A DNA stretch of 63,009 bases, the filler included, from Candidatus Omnitrophota bacterium (GTDB taxonomy: Bacteria; Omnitrophota; Gorgyraeia; JAGLLT01), in the NCBI GenBank assembly GCA_023140385.1. It is 5 parts of 5 records of this genome, joined end to end, with 100 filler letters (N's around TTAATTAATTAA, not from the genome) between each part and the next. Parts side by side here need not be neighbours in the genome. Positions count along the whole stretch, not along the records: positions 16,947 to 31,158 come from JAGLLT010000034.1; positions 31,259 to 52,711 come from JAGLLT010000036.1; 3 more parts are not named here. One strand, given 5' to 3'. The notes beneath the pieces are model-generated. The model was not told where the DNA came from. It worked only from the letters and a program-made list of their open reading frames with translations, and searched no databases. The first letter of the stretch is position 1. Each line of letters starts with the position of its first letter. Of this stretch, positions 20,107 through 32,134 are shown piece after piece. The translations under genes and the position numbers were made by a program.

Positions 20107-23100
20107 CTAAACTACGGCTTCTTTTACCTTTTCCGCGCCTTTTTTTATGCTCAAGCTTATCTTGCGGTGGTCGGCAAAACCGGTTCCGGCCGGGACCAGA
20201 TGGCCCATAATTACATTTTCTTTTAACCCCTTGAGTTCATCGCGCTTCCCGCAAACCGCCGCTTCAGTTAACACCCTGGTTGTCTCCTGAAAACTGGCAG
20301 CGGAGATAAAGCTTTCTGTGTTTAGTGAGGCCTTGGTAATTCCCAGAAGCATTGGTGAAGCTTTAGCCTGTTTTTTATCCTTGGCGGCGCACCTCTCATT
20401 TTCCTCTCTGAATCTGATCTTATCAACCTGCTCCCCGATTAAAAAGTCAGTTTCAGCCGGATCTTCAATCTTAACCTTCTTAAGCATCTGTTTTATAATA
20501 ATTTCTATATGTTTATCATTTATCTTTACACCCTGCAGGCGGTAAACCTGCTGAACCTCATTAACCAGATACTCCTGAAGCTTCTTTTCGCCGGAAACTC
20601 TCAGGATCTCCTGAGGTACGGGGTCTCCATCAGTCAACTGCTGGCCGCTGAAAACCATGTCTCCCCTATATACGTTAAGACGCTTGCTATGCGGTATAAG
20701 ATACTCTTTCTGCATGCCGGTAGAACTCTTAACAAAAACCTTCCTCTGTCCCTTTTGCGACTCTTCCAGTTCAATAATACCGTCAATTTCACTGATAATG
20801 GCTGTATCTTTAGGGCGCCTGGCTTCAAAAAGTTCAGCCACCCTGGGAAGGCCTCCGGTTATATCTTTGGTCTTGGTGGATTTACGCGGAATTTTAGCCA
20901 ACAAGTTTCCGGCTTCAACACTCTGGCCGTTCTCCACCTCAATATGAGCTCCGGCGCCCAACGGATAAAAGCCGCTGATTTCGCCCTTATTATCCAAAAT
21001 GATTATCTGGGGATGTAAGTCCTTTTTGTGTTCCAATACAACTCTTTCAAGCCGTTTTGTAGTTTTATTAATCTCTTCCCGCACTGTAACGTCTTTACGG
21101 ATATCTTCAAACTTAACCTTTCCGGATACGTCCGCCATAATAGGTATATTATACGAATCCCAGGTAACAAACAACTGGTCTTTAAGAACCTCTTTGCCGT
21201 CTTCTATCTTTAACTGCGAGCCCTGGGGAACCGTATATCTCTCAAGCTCCCGCCCTTTCGCGTCATTAACACTAATCTGGCCATTTCTATTTAAAACCCG
21301 CAAGAATTTTTCTCTTTTAGGCTTAACTATTTTTAAGTTATGATACTTCAAAACTCCTTTATTTTTTGCTTTATAATATGACTGCTCAACAATCGCCGAA
21401 GCCGTTCCCCCGATATGAAAGGTTCTCATGGTAAGCTGGGTGCCGGGTTCTCCGATTGACTGGGCCGCGATAATGCCTACCGCCTCGCCCATTTCAGCCG
21501 TCCTGTGATTCCCCAGATTTCTCCCGTAACACTTGGCACACATACCGGATTTGGCTTCACAGGTCAAGGCGCTTCTTATAGTAATGCTCTCTATGCCGGC
21601 CTTTTCAATTTCATCAGCCTGCTTTTCGCTAATTTCCTCATTAGCCTTAACAATGACCTTATCGGTAATAACATCCACTATATTCCTTAAGGCGACGCGG
21701 CCAACTATTCTTTCTTTTAAACTAACGACAACTTCATCCCGCTGAATAATGGCTCCTATAATGATACCGTTTATTGTACCGCAATCCTGCGCGGTAATGA
21801 TAACATCCTGCGCGACGTCAACCAGGCGCCTGGTTAAATATCCCGAATCCGCCGTTTTCAAAGCGGTATCCGCCAGGCCTTTTCTGGCGCCGTGAGTTGA
21901 AATGAAATACTGCAAAACAGTTAAGCCTTCCCTGAAGTTGGCGGTAATAGGACTTTCAATAATTTCACCCGATGGTTTTGCCATCAGACCCCGCATGCCT
22001 GCCAGCTGCCTTATCTGCTGCTGAGAACCTCTGGCGCCGGAATCTGCCATCATGAAAATTGGATTAAACTTATCCAGCTCTTTAAAAACATGGTCTGAAA
22101 TTTGATCTGTGGCATGAGTCCAGATGTCAATTATCTTATTATAACGTTCACCCTTGGTTATTAAGCCTTCCTTATACTGATTTTCAACCTTATCAACTTG
22201 CTCTTTGACCTTCTTCAATATCTCTTCTTTCTGCCTTGGAATATTTAAATCGGTAACGGAAATTGAAATACCGGCTAATGTGGCATACTCAAAACCAAGC
22301 TCTTTACAATTATCAAGCAATTTAATCGTCTCATCGTATCCTTTTAACTTGTAACACCTGGTCACTATCTTACTCAATTGCGATTTATTCATAACTTCAT
22401 TAACAAAACCAAATCCCTCCGGCAGAATCTGGTTAAATAAAACTCTGCCGCACGTTGTCTCAAGTATTTCGCCGTTTATTCTAAGCTTTATTTTCGCCTG
22501 CAGATTAAGTTCTCCATCCTGATAAGCTATAATTACTTCATCGACGTCTGAAAACAGCTTTCCTTCCCCCTTAACATTGTCCTTCTCGCGCGTCAGATAA
22601 TAACAACCCAAAACTATATCCTGTGTCGGGTTAACAATGGGTTCACCGTTGGAAGGCGAAAATATATTATTGGAAGCCAGCATAAGTAATCTTGATTCCA
22701 TCTGAGCCTCCATAGACAGAGGAACATGCACGGCCATCTGATCACCGTCAAAATCGGCATTAAAAGGAGTGCAAACTAAGGGATGAACTCTAATAGCTTT
22801 ACCTTCAATCAAAACCGGTTCAAAGGCCTGGATTCCCAACCTGTGAAGCGTTGGCGCCCTGTTAAGTAAAACCGGATGCTCTCTTATGACATCATCAAGT
22901 ATGTCCCACACTTCAGAACCGGCCCGCTCCACCATCCGCTTGGCGCTCTTTATTGTGTGAACGTGGCCTCTATCCTTCAGTTTTTTAATAATAAAAGGCT
23001 CAAATAATTCCAGAGCCATTTTTTTAGGCAATCCGCACTGGTACAGCTTCAGTTCGGGGCCTATTACGATAACCGACCTGCCTGAATAGTCCACGCGTTT

Positions 23101-24126
23101 GCCTAATAAGTTCTGGCGGAACCTACCCTGCTTTCCCTTAAGCATATCGCTTAATGACTTAAGCGGCCTATTGCCCGCGCCCAGAACAGCCCGCCCGTGG
23201 CGTCCGTTGTCAAAAAGCGCGTCAACCGCCTCCTGCAGCATTCTTCTTTCATTTCTGATTATTACTTCAGGGGCTTTGAGCTCGAACAGCTTCTTTAAAC
23301 GGTTATTCCTGTTTATAACTCTCCTATACAAGTCATTCAAATCAGAGGTAGCAAATCTGCCTCCGTCCAAAGGAACCAAAGGCCTTAAGTCGGGAGGAAT
23401 AACGGGAATAACATCCAGAACCATCCACTCCGGTTTATTTCCGGAACTTTTAATCGTCTCCACAATTTTTAAAACTTTTGATAGCTTATTTTTGGTGGCA
23501 TCCGATTTTGTTTTCTTAGCGTCGCGCCTTAACTTCTGGGAGAGTTTAACCAAATCTACATCTGCCAGCAGATCTTTAATAGCCTCAGCTCCCATTTTGG
23601 CCGTAAATTTATCACCGTGTTTTTCGAGGGCCTCTCTATATTCTGCTTCCGTTAAAAAATCTCCTTTTTTAAGAGGTGTCTCTCCGGGCTCAATAATTAC
23701 ATACTCTTCATAATATATAATTCTCTCAAGCTGCCTTACATTCATCTGCAAAATTGCCGCCATAGGTGACGGCATAACCTTAAAAAACCAAACGTGAGAA
23801 CAAGAGGAAACAAGCTGAATGTGCCCCATCCTTTCCCGCCTGACTCTCGAGTGAGTTACTTCCACTCCGCACCTGTCGCAAACAATGCCTTTATGCTTAA
23901 TCCTTTTATACTTGCCGCAATTACATTCATAATCCTTGCTGGGTCCAAAGATTCTCTCACAGAACAAACCGTCTTTTTCCGGCTTCAGGGTTCTGTAATT
24001 GATAGTCTCCGGCTTTCTTACCTCACCTTTAGACCAGCTCATAATGGCTTCAGCAGACGCGATTTTTATGGAAATCGCGTCAAAAATATTTCTTTCATCA
24101 GCCAGGGATATTCTTTCGGCAGGCAT
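20107..24126 (-). CDS. rpoC: RNA polymerase beta' subunit
   Basis: [12 protein letters not shown] catalytic motif; N-terminal Zn ribbon. Confidence 0.99.
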   Translation of the reverse strand: MPAERISLADERNIFDAISIKIASAEAIMSWSKGEVRKPETINYRTLKPEKDGLFCERIFGPSKDYECNCGKYKRIKHKGIVCDRCGVEVTHSRVRRERMGHIQLVSSCSHVWFFKVMPSPMAAILQMNVRQLERIIYYEEYVIIEPGETPLKKGDFLTEAEYREALEKHGDKFTAKMGAEAIKDLLADVDLVKLSQKLRRDAKKTKSDATKNKLSKVLKIVETIKSSGNKPEWMVLDVIPVIPPDLRPLVPLDGGRFATSDLNDLYRRVINRNNRLKKLFELKAPEVIIRNERRMLQEAVDALFDNGRHGRAVLGAGNRPLKSLSDMLKGKQGRFRQNLLGKRVDYSGRSVIVIGPELKLYQCGLPKKMALELFEPFIIKKLKDRGHVHTIKSAKRMVERAGSEVWDILDDVIREHPVLLNRAPTLHRLGIQAFEPVLIEGKAIRVHPLVCTPFNADFDGDQMAVHVPLSMEAQMESRLLMLASNNIFSPSNGEPIVNPTQDIVLGCYYLTREKDNVKGEGKLFSDVDEVIIAYQDGELNLQAKIKLRINGEILETTCGRVLFNQILPEGFGFVNEVMNKSQLSKIVTRCYKLKGYDETIKLLDNCKELGFEYATLAGISISVTDLNIPRQKEEILKKVKEQVDKVENQYKEGLITKGERYNKIIDIWTHATDQISDHVFKELDKFNPIFMMADSGARGSQQQIRQLAGMRGLMAKPSGEIIESPITANFREGLTVLQYFISTHGARKGLADTALKTADSGYLTRRLVDVAQDVIITAQDCGTINGIIIGAIIQRDEVVVSLKERIVGRVALRNIVDVITDKVIVKANEEISEKQADEIEKAGIESITIRSALTCEAKSGMCAKCYGRNLGNHRTAEMGEAVGIIAAQSIGEPGTQLTMRTFHIGGTASAIVEQSYYKAKNKGVLKYHNLKIVKPKREKFLRVLNRNGQISVNDAKGRELERYTVPQGSQLKIEDGKEVLKDQLFVTWDSYNIPIMADVSGKVKFEDIRKDVTVREEINKTTKRLERVVLEHKKDLHPQIIILDNKGEISGFYPLGAGAHIEVENGQSVEAGNLLAKIPRKSTKTKDITGGLPRVAELFEARRPKDTAIISEIDGIIELEESQKGQRKVFVKSSTGMQKEYLIPHSKRLNVYRGDMVFSGQQLTDGDPVPQEILRVSGEKKLQEYLVNEVQQVYRLQGVKINDKHIEIIIKQMLKKVKIEDPAETDFLIGEQVDKIRFREENERCAAKDKKQAKASPMLLGITKASLNTESFISAASFQETTRVLTEAAVCGKRDELKGLKENVIMGHLVPAGTGFADHRKISLSIKKGAEKVKEAVV

Positions 24127-27100
24127 CTAGAATTTTTTCCTTTCGGTTTTTACATCCAGGCATAAAGCCTGGAGTTCTTTTATTAAAACGTTAAAGGACT
24201 CCGGAGTGCCGGGCTGCAATGTGTTTTCTCCCTTAACAATACTCTCATATATCCTCGTTCTTCCCACTACATCATCACTTTTTACTGTCAAAAGCTCCTG
24301 CAAAGTATAAGCCGCGCCGTACGCCTCCAGGGCCCAGACCTCCATCTCTCCCAGGCGTTGGCCTCCAAATTGAGCCTTTCCGCCAAGGGGCTGCTGAGTT
24401 ACCAATGAGTACGGGCCGATACTTCGAGCGTGAATCTTATCATCAACCAAATGAATTAATTTCAACATATATATGTAACCTACCGTAGCCCTCTGGTCAA
24501 AAGGTTCTCCGGTATATCCGTCATGAAGTACAACCTTACCATCCTCAGCAAGGCCGGCTTCTTTGAGTTGTTTAGTAATTTCTTCTTCACTGGCCCCATT
24601 AAAAACGGGCGTCATCGCCTTGAAACCCAAAACCTTAGCGGCCCAACCCAAATGTGTTTCCAGAATCTGCCCTACGTTCATTCGTGAAGGAACGCCCAGA
24701 GGATTTAATACTATTTCAACCGGTGTTCCGTCAGGCAGGAAGGGCATATCTTCTTCCGGCAAAATTTTAGCTATAACACCCTTATTGCCATGCCTACCAG
24801 CCATTTTATCTCCTACGGATAATTTTCTTTTGCTGGCTACGTAAACTTTAATTTTCTTTATAACGCCGGGCGGAAGCTCATCGCCTTTTTTTATTTTATC
24901 AATTCTTCTCTCGTATTCATACTTAAGCTCCTGAAGCTGATCCTCATAAATCATTTCTAATTTTCCGACTTCTTCTTCCGTTCCTTTATTATTCAATACC
25001 TTAAGGCCGCTTATCTTTATATCCCAGAGAGATTCAATGTTTTTCTCTGTAATCTTTCTTTTTTGGCGAATAAGCACTGTCTTGCTTTTTCTGTCAATTA
25101 AATCAGCGCTCAAACGCTGTCCCGCTAATACTTTCCCCAGCTTTTTAATTCTCTGTTTCTGAAACTTAATTCTTTCCAAAGAGTTGAAATCATCTATCTC
25201 CTGAATTTTCTCCTGCTCAAGCCTTCTTTCCTCTTTAGTTCTGGCTTTAACCGCTTTTCTGGAAAATTCTTTAACGTCAACCACTATACCGTCAACTCCC
25301 GGAGGAACCTTTAGAGAGGCGTCTCTGACATCACCGGCCTTTTCTCCGAAAATGGCCCTAAGAAGTTTCTCCTCGGGAGATAACTCCGTTTCGCTTTTAG
25401 GAGTAACCTTACCTACCAGTATATCTCCGGAGCTTACTTCCGCCCCGACACGCACAATCCCATCCTCCGTCAAATCCCTAAGCGCCTCTTCCCCCACATT
25501 AGGAATGTCACAGGTTATCTCTTCCGGCCCCAAACGCGTATCTCTGGCTTCAATTTCAAACTCCTCTATGTGAATTGAAGTATAAATCCCATCCTTAGAC
25601 AGCTTTTCACTAACTAAAATCGCGTCTTCAAAATTATAGCCGCGCCAAGGCATAAAGGCTACCAGAACATTTCTTCCCAGGGCCAGTTCTCCATCTTTTG
25701 TGGCCGCGCCATCAGATATAACTTCTCCTTCTCTGACTCTCTGGCCAACCTTTACTAACGGCCTTTGGTTGATACAGGTTGAAGCGTTGCTTCTATCAAA
25801 TTTCTTAAGAGGGTACTCTTTTTCCCCAACAACTATCTTGTCGGCCTGAACGTACTTCACAATGCCGTCTTTCGCACATAGGACTACGGCGCCCGAATCT
25901 CTAGCTACCCTGCCTTCCATCCCGGTCCCCACCAGAGGAGCTTCTGTATTTAAAAGCGGAACGGCCTGCCTTTGCATATTAGAACCCATAAGGGCTCTAT
26001 TGGCGTCATCGTGTTCAAGAAAAGGTATTAAGCTGGTGGCTACACTAACCAACTGGCGCGGTGATACATCAATGTATTCAACCTCTTTTGCCGGAGCTTC
26101 AATAAAATCGTCTTTATAACGGCAAAATACCTTCTTATCAATAAATTTTCCTTTTGCGTCTACCCTGGCATTGGCCTGAGCAATAACATATTTGTCTTCT
26201 ACGTCCGCCGATAAATATTCAATCTTATTGGTAACGGTACTGTTATTCACTTTTTTATACGGGGTTTCTAAAAAACCAAAACTGTTTACTCTCGCGTAAC
26301 AGCTTAAAGAACATATCAATCCTATGTTGGGACCTTCGGGAGTTTCAATGGGGCAAACTCTTCCATAGTGAGAGTAATGTATATCTCTTACCTCAAATCC
26401 CGCCCTTTCGCGCGACAAACCTCCCGGCCCCAAAGCGCTAAGCCGCCTTTTGTGAGTTAACTCCGCGGCAGGATTGGTCTGATCCATAAACTGGGAAAGT
26501 TGACTTCTGCCAAAGAAGTCTTTAATGACGCTTGAAACAAGCTTAGAATTAACCAAATGATGCGGCATCATAGTCTCTTTTTCATAAATATTCATTCTCT
26601 CTCTGGCTGACCTTTCAACGCGGGCCAATCCCACTCTAAATTGATTCTGCAAAAGCTCAGCTACCGTTCTGACGCGCCTATTACCTAAATGATCAATATC
26701 ATCAATCTGGCCTTCTCCATTCTTCAGGTCTATAAGGTACTTTACAGCTGTTATAATTGTATCCAAAGTCAACATTCTGTTGTCTAAAGGCAGTTTCATG
26801 TTCAATTTCCGGTTTAATATAAATCTGCCGACTTTTCCAAGATCATATCTTTTAGCGTCAAAAAATAATCTGTCTATTAAGGTAGCGGCGGCTTCTTTTA
26901 CAGGAGGATCGCCGGGTCTTAATCTTCTGTATATCTCTATCAGCGCTTCATCTTTTGAATGCGCTTTATCTTTTTTAAGGGTATTAATTATCTCGCCTGT
27001 ATTGGTATTCAGAACATCTATACTGCTTACGTCATTTTTAAGTATTTTATCTATTACTTCCTGGGTTATCTTTTCCCATTTCACGGCAACAATTTCATCG

Positions 27101-27816
27101 CTATTTTTAACTTTAACGTCGGCTGCCAAAAATTTTTCTTTAACGCCTTTTAAAGACTCTTTGTTAATCTTCCTGAGAGTGCTTACTTCATAAAAGGCCT
27201 TTAATATATCCTCATCTTTCGGATAGCCAAAAACACGCAAAAGAGTGGTGCATAAAATTTTCTTCCTTCTGTCAATGGTTACGTTCAGGATGTCATTTAT
27301 GTCAAAACTAAACTCCAACCACGCGCCGCGGTAAGGTATAACCCGCGCTGAATAAAGTTTCTTGCCTTTAGGGTGTATATTGGCTTCAAAGCATATACCC
27401 GGTGAGCGGTGAAGCTGACTTACTATTACACGGTCGGCTCCATTAATAATAAACGTTCCCGTTTTAGTCATTATGGGCAGTTCACCCATATAAACCTCCT
27501 GCTCACGCGCTTCATGGGCAATTTTGAAGCGAAGTTTTACCCTCAAGGGCGCGGCAAAACTGACGCCGCGCTTCCGGGATTCGTCTTCATCATATTTGGG
27601 TTCACCCGAGGAAAATCTCACATACTCCAACCGACAACTTCCGTCAGCGCTCTCTATGGGAAATATCTCTTTAAAAATAGCCTTTAGGCTATAGTCATTT
27701 TTTTTGCCGGCTTCACCCGTCGAGAAAAAACCTTCATACGCTTTAGTCTGAATTTCGACTAAGTTATTAGGCTCAATTTTATCGGGTATCTTTGCGAACG
27801 ATTTGCGTTTTTTCAT
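24127..27816 (-). CDS. rpoB: RNA polymerase beta subunit
   Basis: [47 protein letters not shown]. Confidence 0.99.
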   Translation of the reverse strand: MKKRKSFAKIPDKIEPNNLVEIQTKAYEGFFSTGEAGKKNDYSLKAIFKEIFPIESADGSCRLEYVRFSSGEPKYDEDESRKRGVSFAAPLRVKLRFKIAHEAREQEVYMGELPIMTKTGTFIINGADRVIVSQLHRSPGICFEANIHPKGKKLYSARVIPYRGAWLEFSFDINDILNVTIDRRKKILCTTLLRVFGYPKDEDILKAFYEVSTLRKINKESLKGVKEKFLAADVKVKNSDEIVAVKWEKITQEVIDKILKNDVSSIDVLNTNTGEIINTLKKDKAHSKDEALIEIYRRLRPGDPPVKEAAATLIDRLFFDAKRYDLGKVGRFILNRKLNMKLPLDNRMLTLDTIITAVKYLIDLKNGEGQIDDIDHLGNRRVRTVAELLQNQFRVGLARVERSARERMNIYEKETMMPHHLVNSKLVSSVIKDFFGRSQLSQFMDQTNPAAELTHKRRLSALGPGGLSRERAGFEVRDIHYSHYGRVCPIETPEGPNIGLICSLSCYARVNSFGFLETPYKKVNNSTVTNKIEYLSADVEDKYVIAQANARVDAKGKFIDKKVFCRYKDDFIEAPAKEVEYIDVSPRQLVSVATSLIPFLEHDDANRALMGSNMQRQAVPLLNTEAPLVGTGMEGRVARDSGAVVLCAKDGIVKYVQADKIVVGEKEYPLKKFDRSNASTCINQRPLVKVGQRVREGEVISDGAATKDGELALGRNVLVAFMPWRGYNFEDAILVSEKLSKDGIYTSIHIEEFEIEARDTRLGPEEITCDIPNVGEEALRDLTEDGIVRVGAEVSSGDILVGKVTPKSETELSPEEKLLRAIFGEKAGDVRDASLKVPPGVDGIVVDVKEFSRKAVKARTKEERRLEQEKIQEIDDFNSLERIKFQKQRIKKLGKVLAGQRLSADLIDRKSKTVLIRQKRKITEKNIESLWDIKISGLKVLNNKGTEEEVGKLEMIYEDQLQELKYEYERRIDKIKKGDELPPGVIKKIKVYVASKRKLSVGDKMAGRHGNKGVIAKILPEEDMPFLPDGTPVEIVLNPLGVPSRMNVGQILETHLGWAAKVLGFKAMTPVFNGASEEEITKQLKEAGLAEDGKVVLHDGYTGEPFDQRATVGYIYMLKLIHLVDDKIHARSIGPYSLVTQQPLGGKAQFGGQRLGEMEVWALEAYGAAYTLQELLTVKSDDVVGRTRIYESIVKGENTLQPGTPESFNVLIKELQALCLDVKTERKKF

Positions 27817-27853
27817 GTATTTACCTTATCTAAAAAGAAGTTAGATAAACCTT

Positions 27854-28312
27854 TTACTTAATTTCTACGCTGGCTCCCTGAGCTTCTAATTGCTTTTTGA
27901 TCTGTTCCGCCTCTTCCTTCGTAGCGCCTTCCTTTACCGGCTTCGGCGCCTGATCGACGAGGTCTTTGGCTTCCTTTAAACCCAGCTTGGTAATAACTCT
28001 GATCTCTTTAATAACCTGAATTTTTTTATCACCTATACTGGCTAAAATAACGTCAAAACTTGTCTTTTCTTCCTCTGGAGCGCCTGCCGCTCCGCCAGCC
28101 GGAGCGCCTGCCGCCGCTACCTGCACCGCCTGGGCTGAAACCCCAAATTTATCTTCCAGGGCTTTTACCAGATTAGAAAGTTCCAGCACGCTTAACTTCT
28201 CTACGGCGCCAACTATCTCTTCCGCTTTTTTGGACAATTTAATCTCTTTCTTCTCCTGCTCTTTACTCTCTTCCGCTGTTTCTTCTTTTTTCTTTTCTTT
28301 CACTTCAGTCAT
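27854..28312 (-). CDS. rplL: 50S ribosomal protein L7/L12 (with charged N-terminal extension)
   Basis: LEDKFGVSA, Ala/Gly hinge, [20 protein letters not shown]. Confidence 0.97.
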   Translation of the reverse strand: MTEVKEKKKEETAEESKEQEKKEIKLSKKAEEIVGAVEKLSVLELSNLVKALEDKFGVSAQAVQVAAAGAPAGGAAGAPEEEKTSFDVILASIGDKKIQVIKEIRVITKLGLKEAKDLVDQAPKPVKEGATKEEAEQIKKQLEAQGASVEIK

Positions 28313-28353
28313 TCTAACTATCCTCCTTAATGACCCCGCCGGGGCGGGGTTAA

Positions 28354-28902
28354 TTATTCCTGTTCACTTTTTTCTTCTACTGTATCGTTACCTTTATTTT
28401 TTGCTATCTGATCAAGGACAACCACCAGGCCCTGAACAAGCCGGCCCAACAAACTTACAAAAGAGGTAATCGGGGACTTCATTCCATAAACCAACATAGT
28501 CAGTAATTCTTTCTCTGAAGGCAAAGCCGCCAGCTCTTTAATTTGAGCTTCACTTATCACTGCCCCCTCTACATATCCGCCTCTTACGGTTAATCCGTCC
28601 GCTTTTTTCGAAAAATCAATCAAGATTTTGGAAACTTTCACCGGGTCATCCTGGCACAAAACAAGCCCCATCTGCCCGTCAACCAGCTCCACCAGCTGAT
28701 TAAGGCCGGCTTCTTTCAGAGCCAGTTTACAGAGGGTATTTTTTACGACAAAATAACTGCCCGAATTTTCGGCCAATTTAGTCCTTAATTCATTCAGTTT
28801 TTCCGATTTTACATTAACAAAATTAGACAAAATAAGGTTTTGGTTTTCCTTTATCCTTTGACTTACTTCATCTACAATATATTCTCTTTCAGCTCTTCCC
28901 AC
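28354..28902 (-). CDS. rplJ: 50S ribosomal protein L10
   Basis: VVKNTL; LAALPS; lies between rplA and rplL. Confidence 0.95.
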   Translation of the reverse strand: MGRAEREYIVDEVSQRIKENQNLILSNFVNVKSEKLNELRTKLAENSGSYFVVKNTLCKLALKEAGLNQLVELVDGQMGLVLCQDDPVKVSKILIDFSKKADGLTVRGGYVEGAVISEAQIKELAALPSEKELLTMLVYGMKSPITSFVSLLGRLVQGLVVVLDQIAKNKGNDTVEEKSEQE

Positions 28903-28957
28903 GAATTAATCCCCGCGTTTAGTATTTAATGTGTAACACTTAGTGTTTGGCATTTCA

Positions 28958-29638
28958 CTATACTGCTATCTTCAGACCGCAACCCATTGTCGTTGCTAAA
29001 AATATACCTTTTATAAAGACACCCTTAACAACCGCGGGCTTTGACTTTTTAATAATCTCTATAACGCATCCCGCGTTATCCGCGAGAGCCGCTTCGTCAA
29101 AAGAAATCTTGCCTATAGCCAGATAGATATTTCCATTTTTTGAATTTTTAAATTCAATCTTGCCGCCCTTAAGCTCTTTAACGGCCTTTTCAATATCCTT
29201 GGTAACCGTGCCGGCCTTAGGGCTTGGCATAAGCCCTCTGGGGCCCAGCACCCTGCCTAATTTACTAATATCCCGCATCATCTCAGGAGTAGCCACAATT
29301 ACATCAAAGTCCATCCAACCCCCATTTATTTTTTTAATGAGTTCATCAGAACCGACAAAATCGGCCTCCGCGGCCTCCGCCTTTTTAACGTCTTCACCCT
29401 TGCAAAAAACCAAGACGCGCACACTTTTACCCGTACCATGCGGCAAAATAACGGTTCCCCTGACAAGCTGGTCGGATTGCTTAGGATCAATGTGTAAATT
29501 AAAGGATAACTCTACTGTTTCATCAAATTTTGCCTGAGGGAATTTTTTTAACGTACTCACTGCTTCATTAAGACTATATAGCTTATCTTTATCAACAAGC
29601 TCGTTTATTTTTTTCTGCCTTTTCGTAAGTTTAGCCAT
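28958..29638 (-). CDS. rplA: 50S ribosomal protein L1
   Basis: KFDETVEL; LPHGTGK; LGPRGLMPSPKAGTV. Confidence 0.98.
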   Translation of the reverse strand: MAKLTKRQKKINELVDKDKLYSLNEAVSTLKKFPQAKFDETVELSFNLHIDPKQSDQLVRGTVILPHGTGKSVRVLVFCKGEDVKKAEAAEADFVGSDELIKKINGGWMDFDVIVATPEMMRDISKLGRVLGPRGLMPSPKAGTVTKDIEKAVKELKGGKIEFKNSKNGNIYLAIGKISFDEAALADNAGCVIEIIKKSKPAVVKGVFIKGIFLATTMGCGLKIAV

Positions 29639-29640
29639 TC

Positions 29641-30069
29641 TTATCCCTCAACCTCGATCCCCATGCTTTTGGCTGTTCCCTCAATCACCTTAGCGGCTGC
29701 CTCTACATTGCGGGCGTTTAAATCTTTCATTTTTGTTTTGGCTATCTCTTCAATCTGCGCCTTTGTCACCTTACCTACTTTTTCCTTGTTGGGCGTTCCT
29801 GAAGCCTTAGCAATGCCACAGGCCTTTTTGAGTAAAATTGAACTGGGGGGACTTTTAATTTTAAAAGTAAAAGATTTGTCGCTATAAACTTCAATAACCA
29901 CCGGCAGGATAAGCCCCTGCTTATCCTTGGTAGCATCGTTAAACGCCTTACAAAAATCCATTATCTTAACACCGTGCTGCCCCAGCGCCGGCCCGACCGG
30001 CGGAGCAGGATTTGCCTGCCCTCCGGGAACGTGTAACTTAATAATTGATTTAACCTCTTTCTTTGCCAT
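29641..30069 (-). CDS. rplK: 50S ribosomal protein L11
   Basis: [23 protein letters not shown]. Confidence 0.98.
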   Translation of the reverse strand: MAKKEVKSIIKLHVPGGQANPAPPVGPALGQHGVKIMDFCKAFNDATKDKQGLILPVVIEVYSDKSFTFKIKSPPSSILLKKACGIAKASGTPNKEKVGKVTKAQIEEIAKTKMKDLNARNVEAAAKVIEGTAKSMGIEVEG

Positions 30070-30078
30070 ATATCCTAT

Positions 30079-30612
30079 CTAAATCCTTTCTACCTGCCAG
30101 TAATCAAGCTCTACCGGGGTTGATCTTCCAAAAATTGAAACTGCCATTTTTAACTTACCTTTATCAGGATAAATTTCCTCAACTATACCGCTAAAATTGG
30201 TAAATGGACCCTCTTTAACTCTCAGGGTTTCCCCCTTTTCAAAAATAACTTTGGGAACAGGCTTTTCTTTTTTCTCCTCTGCCTGCCTCAAAATAGTCTT
30301 TACTTCGCTTTCCTTAAGCGGAAGCGGTTTTTTTCCGGCTCCAATAAAACCCGTGACGCCGGTGGTATTTTTTATCATATACCAAAGCTGATCGGACCAG
30401 TCCATCTGTATCAACACATAACCCGGATAATAATGCCTTTTGGTTATTTTTTTCTTGCCCAGCTTAGTTATTTCGGAAACCTGCTCCGTCGGCACTAAAA
30501 TTTTCCCAATCTGCTCTTCTAAGTTGTTATTCTTCACGTAGGCTTCAAGGCTCGCCTTCACCTTCTCTTCTTTGCCCGTTAATGTGTGAATAACATACCA
30601 ACTCTTTGCCAT
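30079..30612 (-). CDS. nusG: Transcription termination/antitermination factor NusG
   Basis: WYVIHT..G.E; YPGYVLI; KOW motif GPFTNFSG; IFGRSTPVEL. Confidence 0.97.
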   Translation of the reverse strand: MAKSWYVIHTLTGKEEKVKASLEAYVKNNNLEEQIGKILVPTEQVSEITKLGKKKITKRHYYPGYVLIQMDWSDQLWYMIKNTTGVTGFIGAGKKPLPLKESEVKTILRQAEEKKEKPVPKVIFEKGETLRVKEGPFTNFSGIVEEIYPDKGKLKMAVSIFGRSTPVELDYWQVERI

Positions 30613-30633
30613 AGACCGCCTTCCTCTCAGGCC

Positions 30634-30819
30634 CTACTTGATAATAATACCCATAATGGTTGACAGCAGATAATCACATAACCCGATAAAAAGGGCCAAA
30701 AAGAGAACCGACACTAGGACTACCATGGTTGAACTAATTAAGTCTTCTTTTGTAGACCAGGAAACTTTTTTTAATTCGGTTTTAACTTCACCTAGAAAAT
30801 TTGGTATTTTTTTAAACAT
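30634..30819 (-). CDS. secE: Preprotein translocase subunit SecE
   Basis: FLGEVKTELKKVSW plus one TM helix; upstream of nusG. Confidence 0.95.
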   Translation of the reverse strand: MFKKIPNFLGEVKTELKKVSWSTKEDLISSTMVVLVSVLFLALFIGLCDYLLSTIMGIIIK

Positions 30820-30836
30820 TTTTTTCCGTTATATTC

Positions 30837-30913
30837 TGGCAGGTGAGGCAGGACTTGAACCCGCAACCCCCGGATTTGGAGTCCGGTGCTCTAGCCAGTT
30901 GAGCTACTCACCT
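30837..30913 (-). tRNA. trnW: tRNA-Trp (CCA)
   Basis: Minus strand AGGTGAGTAGCTCAACTGGCTAGAGCACCGGACTCCAAATCCGGGGGTTGCGGGTTCAAGTCCTGCCTCACCTGCCA folds as a cloverleaf; anticodon CCA; encoded 3' CCA. Confidence 0.97.
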
Positions 30914-30983
30914 AAGACATAAAATAAAGCTCCGCCAAATCACGCGGATAGCCGTTACATATTACGAAAGCCTATATAAACTT

Positions 30984-31133
30984 CTACTTCCCTTCCTTAT
31001 GTAAGGTGTGCTTTCCGCAAAACCTGCAATACTTTTTAACCTCCAGCTTATCTTTCTGGAGTTTTTTGTTTTTTGTAGTATTATAGTTACGCTGTTTGCA
31101 ATCCGTACAGCTTAACGTAATTAACTCTCTCAT
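30984..31133 (-). CDS. rpmG: 50S ribosomal protein L33 (zinc-binding form), 49 aa
   Basis: Below ORF-track cutoff. [58 protein letters not shown]. Confidence 0.96.
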   Translation of the reverse strand: MRELITLSCTDCKQRNYNTTKNKKLQKDKLEVKKYCRFCGKHTLHKEGK

Positions 31134-31158
31134 TTACTCCTCTTCCGGTTCTTACTTA

Positions 31159-31258
31159 NNNNNNNNNNNNNNNNNNNNNNNNNNNNNNNNNNNNNNNNNN
31201 NNTTAATTAATTAANNNNNNNNNNNNNNNNNNNNNNNNNNNNNNNNNNNNNNNNNNNN
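31159..31258. other. Artificial contig linker
   Basis: 100 bp of N with TTAATTAATTAA. Confidence 0.99.
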
Positions 31259-31437
31259 TGTTTGACAATAGACTCTGAGTATAAAATATATTTCAAAAAA
31301 AGAATTTGGGGTTAAAATCGTAGCCTGTGGTTTGAGGTTGGATATTTTAAAGGTTAAAACGGAATATTGAGAGATATAATTTGCAAAGAGGGAATAAAAA
31401 TTATTCAACTTCGGAATTTGGGCCTGTAAGAATTCCC

Positions 31438-31489
31438 TTGACAAGCAACAAAGTATAGTGTATATTTATGATGACGGACAAGTCAGTCC
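31438..31489 (+). promoter_or_regulatory. Sigma70 promoter with adjacent putative TetR operator
   Basis: TTGACA-17 bp-TATATT (31438-31466), followed by the imperfect palindrome TGACGGAC-AA-GTCAGTCC (31472-31489) at the expected +1. Confidence 0.65.
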
Positions 31490-31509
31490 ACTTAAAAGGG
31501 GGTTACAAA

Positions 31510-32130
31510 ATGAAGATTACAGATAAAGCAAAAAGAAAAGAGCTTACTCAAATGAGGCAGAAGCAGATACTTGATGTTGCAGCTCGTGTTTTCTCTAAAA
31601 AGGGATTTGCCAGGACCCAGGTTGATGAAATAGCAGATTTGGCGGGTTTAGGTAAAGGTACAGTATACCGGTATTTTAAAGATAAAAAGAATCTTTTTCT
31701 TTCCATTGTTGATAGGGGGTTAGAGAGTTTAAAGGATTTGGCATTAGAAGCGATGGCAAAAGAAAAAGAACCACTGGATAAAATCAAAAAGGTGATAGAA
31801 GCGTATTTAAAATTTTTTGAGAAGCACTCAGATCTAATTAGAATTTTTATCCACGAGCAAAGCGAATTTCAAAAGAGAATCCAAAAAAGATATTACCAGC
31901 ACTATTATGAACATGTCAATAAGGTAGAGGATGTTTTCAGGGAGGCTCAAACCTTAGGGCTTATAAAGAAAAAGATAAATCATAGACTGGCAATTGCAAT
32001 TTTGACTGATATGCTCAATAGCTTTATCTATACTTGGCAGTTAACAGGACAAAAATATTCCTTGTCAGAAAGTTTTTCTTTGATCACCGAGATCTATTTT
32101 ACCGGAATTTTAGAACAGAGAGGTAAATAA
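31510..32130 (+). CDS. TetR/AcrR family transcriptional regulator
   Basis: ILDVAARVFSKKGF..VDEIADLAGLGKGTVYRYFKDK. Start moved to ATG 31510 because of the AAGGGGG RBS and because the upstream ATGs fall at the promoter/operator. Confidence 0.93.
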   Translation: MKITDKAKRKELTQMRQKQILDVAARVFSKKGFARTQVDEIADLAGLGKGTVYRYFKDKKNLFLSIVDRGLESLKDLALEAMAKEKEPLDKIKKVIEAYLKFFEKHSDLIRIFIHEQSEFQKRIQKRYYQHYYEHVNKVEDVFREAQTLGLIKKKINHRLAIAILTDMLNSFIYTWQLTGQKYSLSESFSLITEIYFTGILEQRGK

Positions 32131-32134
32131 ACTG

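Noticed and set aside
26420..26520. RpoB rifampicin-region variants (GRSQ, NPAAE) as a resistance signal
   Set aside because: Key residues equivalent to Q513, D516, H526 and S531 are intact; the differences look like lineage variation.
30725..30922. 65-aa plus-strand ORF
   Set aside because: Antisense to secE and tRNA-Trp.
17075..31133. Alternative genetic code or stop-codon readthrough
   Set aside because: All core genes are full length under the standard code, with TAA/TAG stops here and TGA stops elsewhere in the window (e.g. lon); tRNA-Trp has the ordinary CCA anticodon.
31211..31444. 77-aa minus-strand ORF running into Ns
   Set aside because: AT-rich promoter region with no recognisable motif; ends only at the linker.
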